Source: Candidatus Bathyarchaeia archaeon (GTDB taxonomy: Archaea > Thermoproteota > Bathyarchaeia > Bathyarchaeales > Bathycorpusculaceae). From it: DNA of 18,024 bases. Position numbers and translations under genes: made by a program. Shown here piece after piece: positions 15,840 through 18,024 of the stretch. The notes beneath the pieces are model-generated. The model ran no database searches, was not told where the DNA came from, and saw only the letters and a program-made list of their open reading frames with translations. Numbering within the stretch: position 1 is the first letter of the stretch; each line of letters opens with the position of its first letter. The stretch covers positions 1-18,024 of the forward strand of contig JBEKKX010000045.1 of NCBI GenBank assembly GCA_050010515.1, in the 5' to 3' direction.

Positions 15840-16276
15840 TCACTAGTTAATGTTAAAGTAACAATTTGGTTTTGGTAGTAACATTGCAGAAAAGCTCTGC
15901 CCCAACCACTAACGAAAGCCCCTGATGCGTTAATTTCGGCCGGTATGTATATTTGTGGTTGACTTTGGACGGCTGCTCCAAAGCCAGATTCAACCCATGC
16001 ACTGGACGAGTCGTTTGCTATGCATATAGAGTATTCTTGGTTTCCGATTTGTGAAGGAAGATCTAGAAACTGAGTAGCATTTTGGCCGTCTTCGGTTACA
16101 TGCGTAATAAGAGTTAGGCTTTGTGCTGCTACATATTCATCAATATTGGCTAACTGTTGGCTTTCAGCTTCATTTTTTACGTTCACCATTGAAAGGCTGC
16201 AGCTGGAAACTATGATTGCGCCAACGATAAGGGCTGCAAAAATCGAGTACACGTAACTTGGAATTATCGTCACCAT
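15836..16276 (-). CDS. Minor pilin-like protein lacking a basic leader
   Basis: Hydrophobic N-terminal helix (YVYSIFAALIVGAIIVSS) followed by an amphipathic helix and LPSQIGNQEYSI. 4-nt overlap with the ATPase start. Confidence 0.65.
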   Translation of the reverse strand: MVTIIPSYVYSIFAALIVGAIIVSSCSLSMVNVKNEAESQQLANIDEYVAAQSLTLITHVTEDGQNATQFLDLPSQIGNQEYSICIANDSSSAWVESGFGAAVQSQPQIYIPAEINASGAFVSGWGRAFLQCYYQNQIVTLTLTSE

Positions 16277-16279
16277 TGT

Positions 16280-17104
16280 TTACTGGATCCACCTCTCGAT
16301 TGATACGTTAGAAATGACGGTTTCTATGTAGATTATTGAGCCTTCAGGGATCGGAAGGGAAACGCTTCCGTTGGCGCCGTTCAATTGCGAAGTTATCGCT
16401 AAGTTTTCAGGTTGGTAGGAAACTGGGTAAGTTTCAGTTGTTAATTGTGTACTTGTGCAGGAGATTTGTAGGGGAAGCTTGCCGTACAATGGCATTGGAT
16501 CTGAAGAGTTCAGGGTGACAATGTAGATGCGAATGTCGGTGACGTTTTGACCATTTTCCAATCCAGCAGTCGCATATGTTACTGTTGGACGGTACTGCAA
16601 CTGGATCTCAGGCCCCTGAGGCCCTTCTGTTATGCAAAGCTGACTTGGTGATGCGCCGCTTTGGTTGGTTATTGTTTGGCTGTCTCCTTCTAGGTAAAGT
16701 CCTGTGTCGATTGAGCCTGAACATGGAAGTTCATAGGTGATTTGGCCTACTGATGAGTTAAAGATAGTTTGTTCAATGCTTGAATTGTCAGTGACGCTGA
16801 TGGTTAGAATGTTGCGTTGAATGTTTGTTGATCCGCCTGAATCACTCAAGACAATCGTGCTTGAGGAGCCAGGCTGCCCTAAAGTTGAAAGAATAACATT
16901 GTCCAAAGATATGAAGTCTTGTTGGGCTGTGGAAACCTTGAGAGCTTCGCTTTGCGTGTTGATGTTTTCAACTGCAAAGTAATAGGTAACTGTTATGATG
17001 CCTAGCGTTGACACGAGCAGTATAAGGAATGTAACCGGTAATGCCAATGCACCTTTAGATCGAACAAACCTTCTGAAGAGTCGACTAAGCAAGATTACCG
17101 CCAA
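16280..17104 (-). CDS. Minor pilin-like protein with class III signal peptide (start could be the second TTG, MLSRL...)
   Basis: RLFRRFVRSKG|ALALPVTFLILLVSTLGIITVTYYFA, followed by a pilin-type helix and GQPGSSSTI. First gene of the assembly operon. Confidence 0.75.
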   Translation of the reverse strand: MAVILLSRLFRRFVRSKGALALPVTFLILLVSTLGIITVTYYFAVENINTQSEALKVSTAQQDFISLDNVILSTLGQPGSSSTIVLSDSGGSTNIQRNILTISVTDNSSIEQTIFNSSVGQITYELPCSGSIDTGLYLEGDSQTITNQSGASPSQLCITEGPQGPEIQLQYRPTVTYATAGLENGQNVTDIRIYIVTLNSSDPMPLYGKLPLQISCTSTQLTTETYPVSYQPENLAITSQLNGANGSVSLPIPEGSIIYIETVISNVSIERWIQ

Positions 17105-17152
17105 TTACATCCTCTCGTAAATGTGCATTTACTATAGAAAAGCGCCAAGAAT

Positions 17153-17187
17153 GAATTAAGCCATTTGTGTGTATGAACAATACACAT
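17153..17187 (-). promoter_or_regulatory. Inverted repeat TGTGTAT-N5-ATACACA with adjacent TATA-like CTTAAT, upstream of the pilus assembly operon
   Basis: Arms at 17168-17174 and 17180-17186. A near-identical motif lies at 17962-17985, upstream of the major pilin gene. Confidence 0.5.
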
Positions 17188-17258
17188 ATTATTTCAAAAA
17201 TACCCTCGGAAACTTGGAAATCCAAAATAATTCATTGCCTAAAACAACAATAAATTTT

Positions 17259-17324
17259 TAAATAAAAAGAAGAAGGGGGAGGGGGATTAGATACTTTTAG
17301 GTTACTTAATTTTAAGTACCTAAA
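17259..17324 (-). terminator. Terminator region after the major pilin gene
   Basis: Imperfect hairpin TTTAGGT(T)ACTTAA/TTAAGTACCTAAA (17296-17324) overlapping the TAG at 17320-17322, then CCCCCTCCCCCTTCTTCTTTTTATTT on the minus strand. Confidence 0.55.
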
Positions 17325-17909
17325 GGGCTGTGGTTGTTGCTTGAACGTTTGTCTCTTGGTAGTACATCGCTTGTGCCGTGAAGACTGTTAACCCAATGTT
17401 AAGCCTATGTCGTTGATGGTGACACTGTCAGGACTAGTTATGTATACGATCATAGTGCCGCCGGAAGATAACACTAAGTTATCAACGCTGGGATTCGCTA
17501 AGTAATTGCTGCCTGTTCCAAAAGGATCAGTAGTTGCAAAGGAAGTAGTGGCAACTGGTCCTAAGGAGTTGGGTATTGCATCGCCTGTGGCTGTTGCAAA
17601 TGTAGCGTAGTACACGTTAGTGGTTAAATCGCTTGATTGTCCACGCACTTGGATCTGGTTGATGACGACGTCGCGACCTCCAGTATTCGTTATCATAAGC
17701 GCAGCTTCAGCTGTACCAGTTCCGTCAACCCAGACGTGTACGTTTGAAACCTGAAGGCTTTCCTGTTGAACCCTAGTGCTAACGACGTTAATAGCAAAGT
17801 AAGTTACGACACCTGCAAGAAGCACTGCAACTACTAGAATAATCAGCGTTGTAATGACTGTACTTAGAGCCAAACGATTCTTCAGTATATTTCTCAGTAT
17901 ATTTCTCAT
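17320..17909 (-). CDS. Major archaeal type IV pilin with class III signal peptide; 1-nt frameshift near 17391-17397 (ORF track truncates at 17388)
   Basis: MRNILRNILKNRLA|LSTVITTLIILVVAVLLAGVVTYFA and the I-T-N-T-G-G-R-D-V-V-I pilin/archaellin motif. The shifted frame continues LTVFTAQAMYYQETNVQATTTAL to TAG 17322-17320, directly followed by a terminator. GGAG RBS upstream. Confidence 0.85.
17883..17908. repeat. 12-bp tandem duplication in the pilin leader
   Basis: CAGTATATTTCT twice (17883-17894, 17895-17906), encoding RNIL-RNIL. Confidence 0.8.
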
Positions 17910-17949
17910 TTATTTTTAAATCTCCTGAAAAAACCATTACGCGATTTCT

Positions 17950-17985
17950 GCATAAGTAAACTTGTGCGTAAAAAAAAATACACAT
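17950..17985 (-). promoter_or_regulatory. Inverted repeat TG(C)GTA-N8-TACACA plus TATA-like TTTACTTAT, upstream of the major pilin gene
   Basis: TTGTGCGTA-AAAAAAAA-TACACAT (17962-17985) compared with TTGTGTGTA-TGAACAA-TACACAT (17165-17187). Confidence 0.5.
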
Positions 17986-18024
17986 CTAAAAGTTACAGAA
18001 AGATAGAATATTTTTTCTTAAAAT

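Noticed and set aside
12732-17909. Archaellum (fla/arl) operon
   Set aside because: No FlaH RecA-like ATPase, FlaF/FlaG or chemotaxis genes in the window; the gene set fits a pilus better.
6183-17985. Short ORFs overlapping minus-strand genes (6183-6404, 6790-6975, 9067-9249, 10021-10248, 10958-11155, 13090-13311, 14137-14397, 14452-14829, 15013-15219, 16336-16518, 17788-17985)
   Set aside because: Antisense or out-of-frame shadows of HEPN, MNT and pilus genes with no independent evidence.
1-18024. CRISPR array or rRNA
   Set aside because: No regularly spaced direct repeats or rRNA-like sequence seen. The repeats in 9018-10415 are degenerate protein-level propeller blades.

Overview
Archaeal chromosomal window, probably Bathyarchaeia. 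That assignment is inferred from the pilin style, frequent TTG starts, GGAGGTGA-type ribosome-binding sites (RBS) and C-rich/T-run terminators. Left to right: a frameshifted small membrane-protein gene (85-242); a GT2 glycosyltransferase; a 1.2-kb IS with 35-bp terminal inverted repeats and a YREK-type DDE transposase; a MoxR-class AAA+ ATPase plus vWA partner; an integrase-less ~1.5-kb islet inserted in tRNA-Asn(GTT), flanked by 52-bp direct repeats and carrying only a wHTH-nucleotidyltransferase (MNT)/HEPN pair; a TrmB-family regulator; and a minus-strand archaeal type IV pilus locus (major pilin with a C-terminal frameshift, five minor-pilin-like genes, assembly ATPase, TadC/FlaJ-type platform protein, membrane-anchored beta-propeller-repeat protein). 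Three things stand out. First, the islet appears to have given the tRNA gene a variant 3' half (T-loop A58 lost, two extra G:U pairs, encoded CCA), while the canonical 3' half lies 1484 bp away. Second, nested TATGTA/TACATA palindromes cover the MNT start. Third, a TGYGTA...TACRCA inverted repeat is shared by the pilin, minor-pilin operon and moxR upstream regions. All calls come from reading the sequence by eye; no searches were run.
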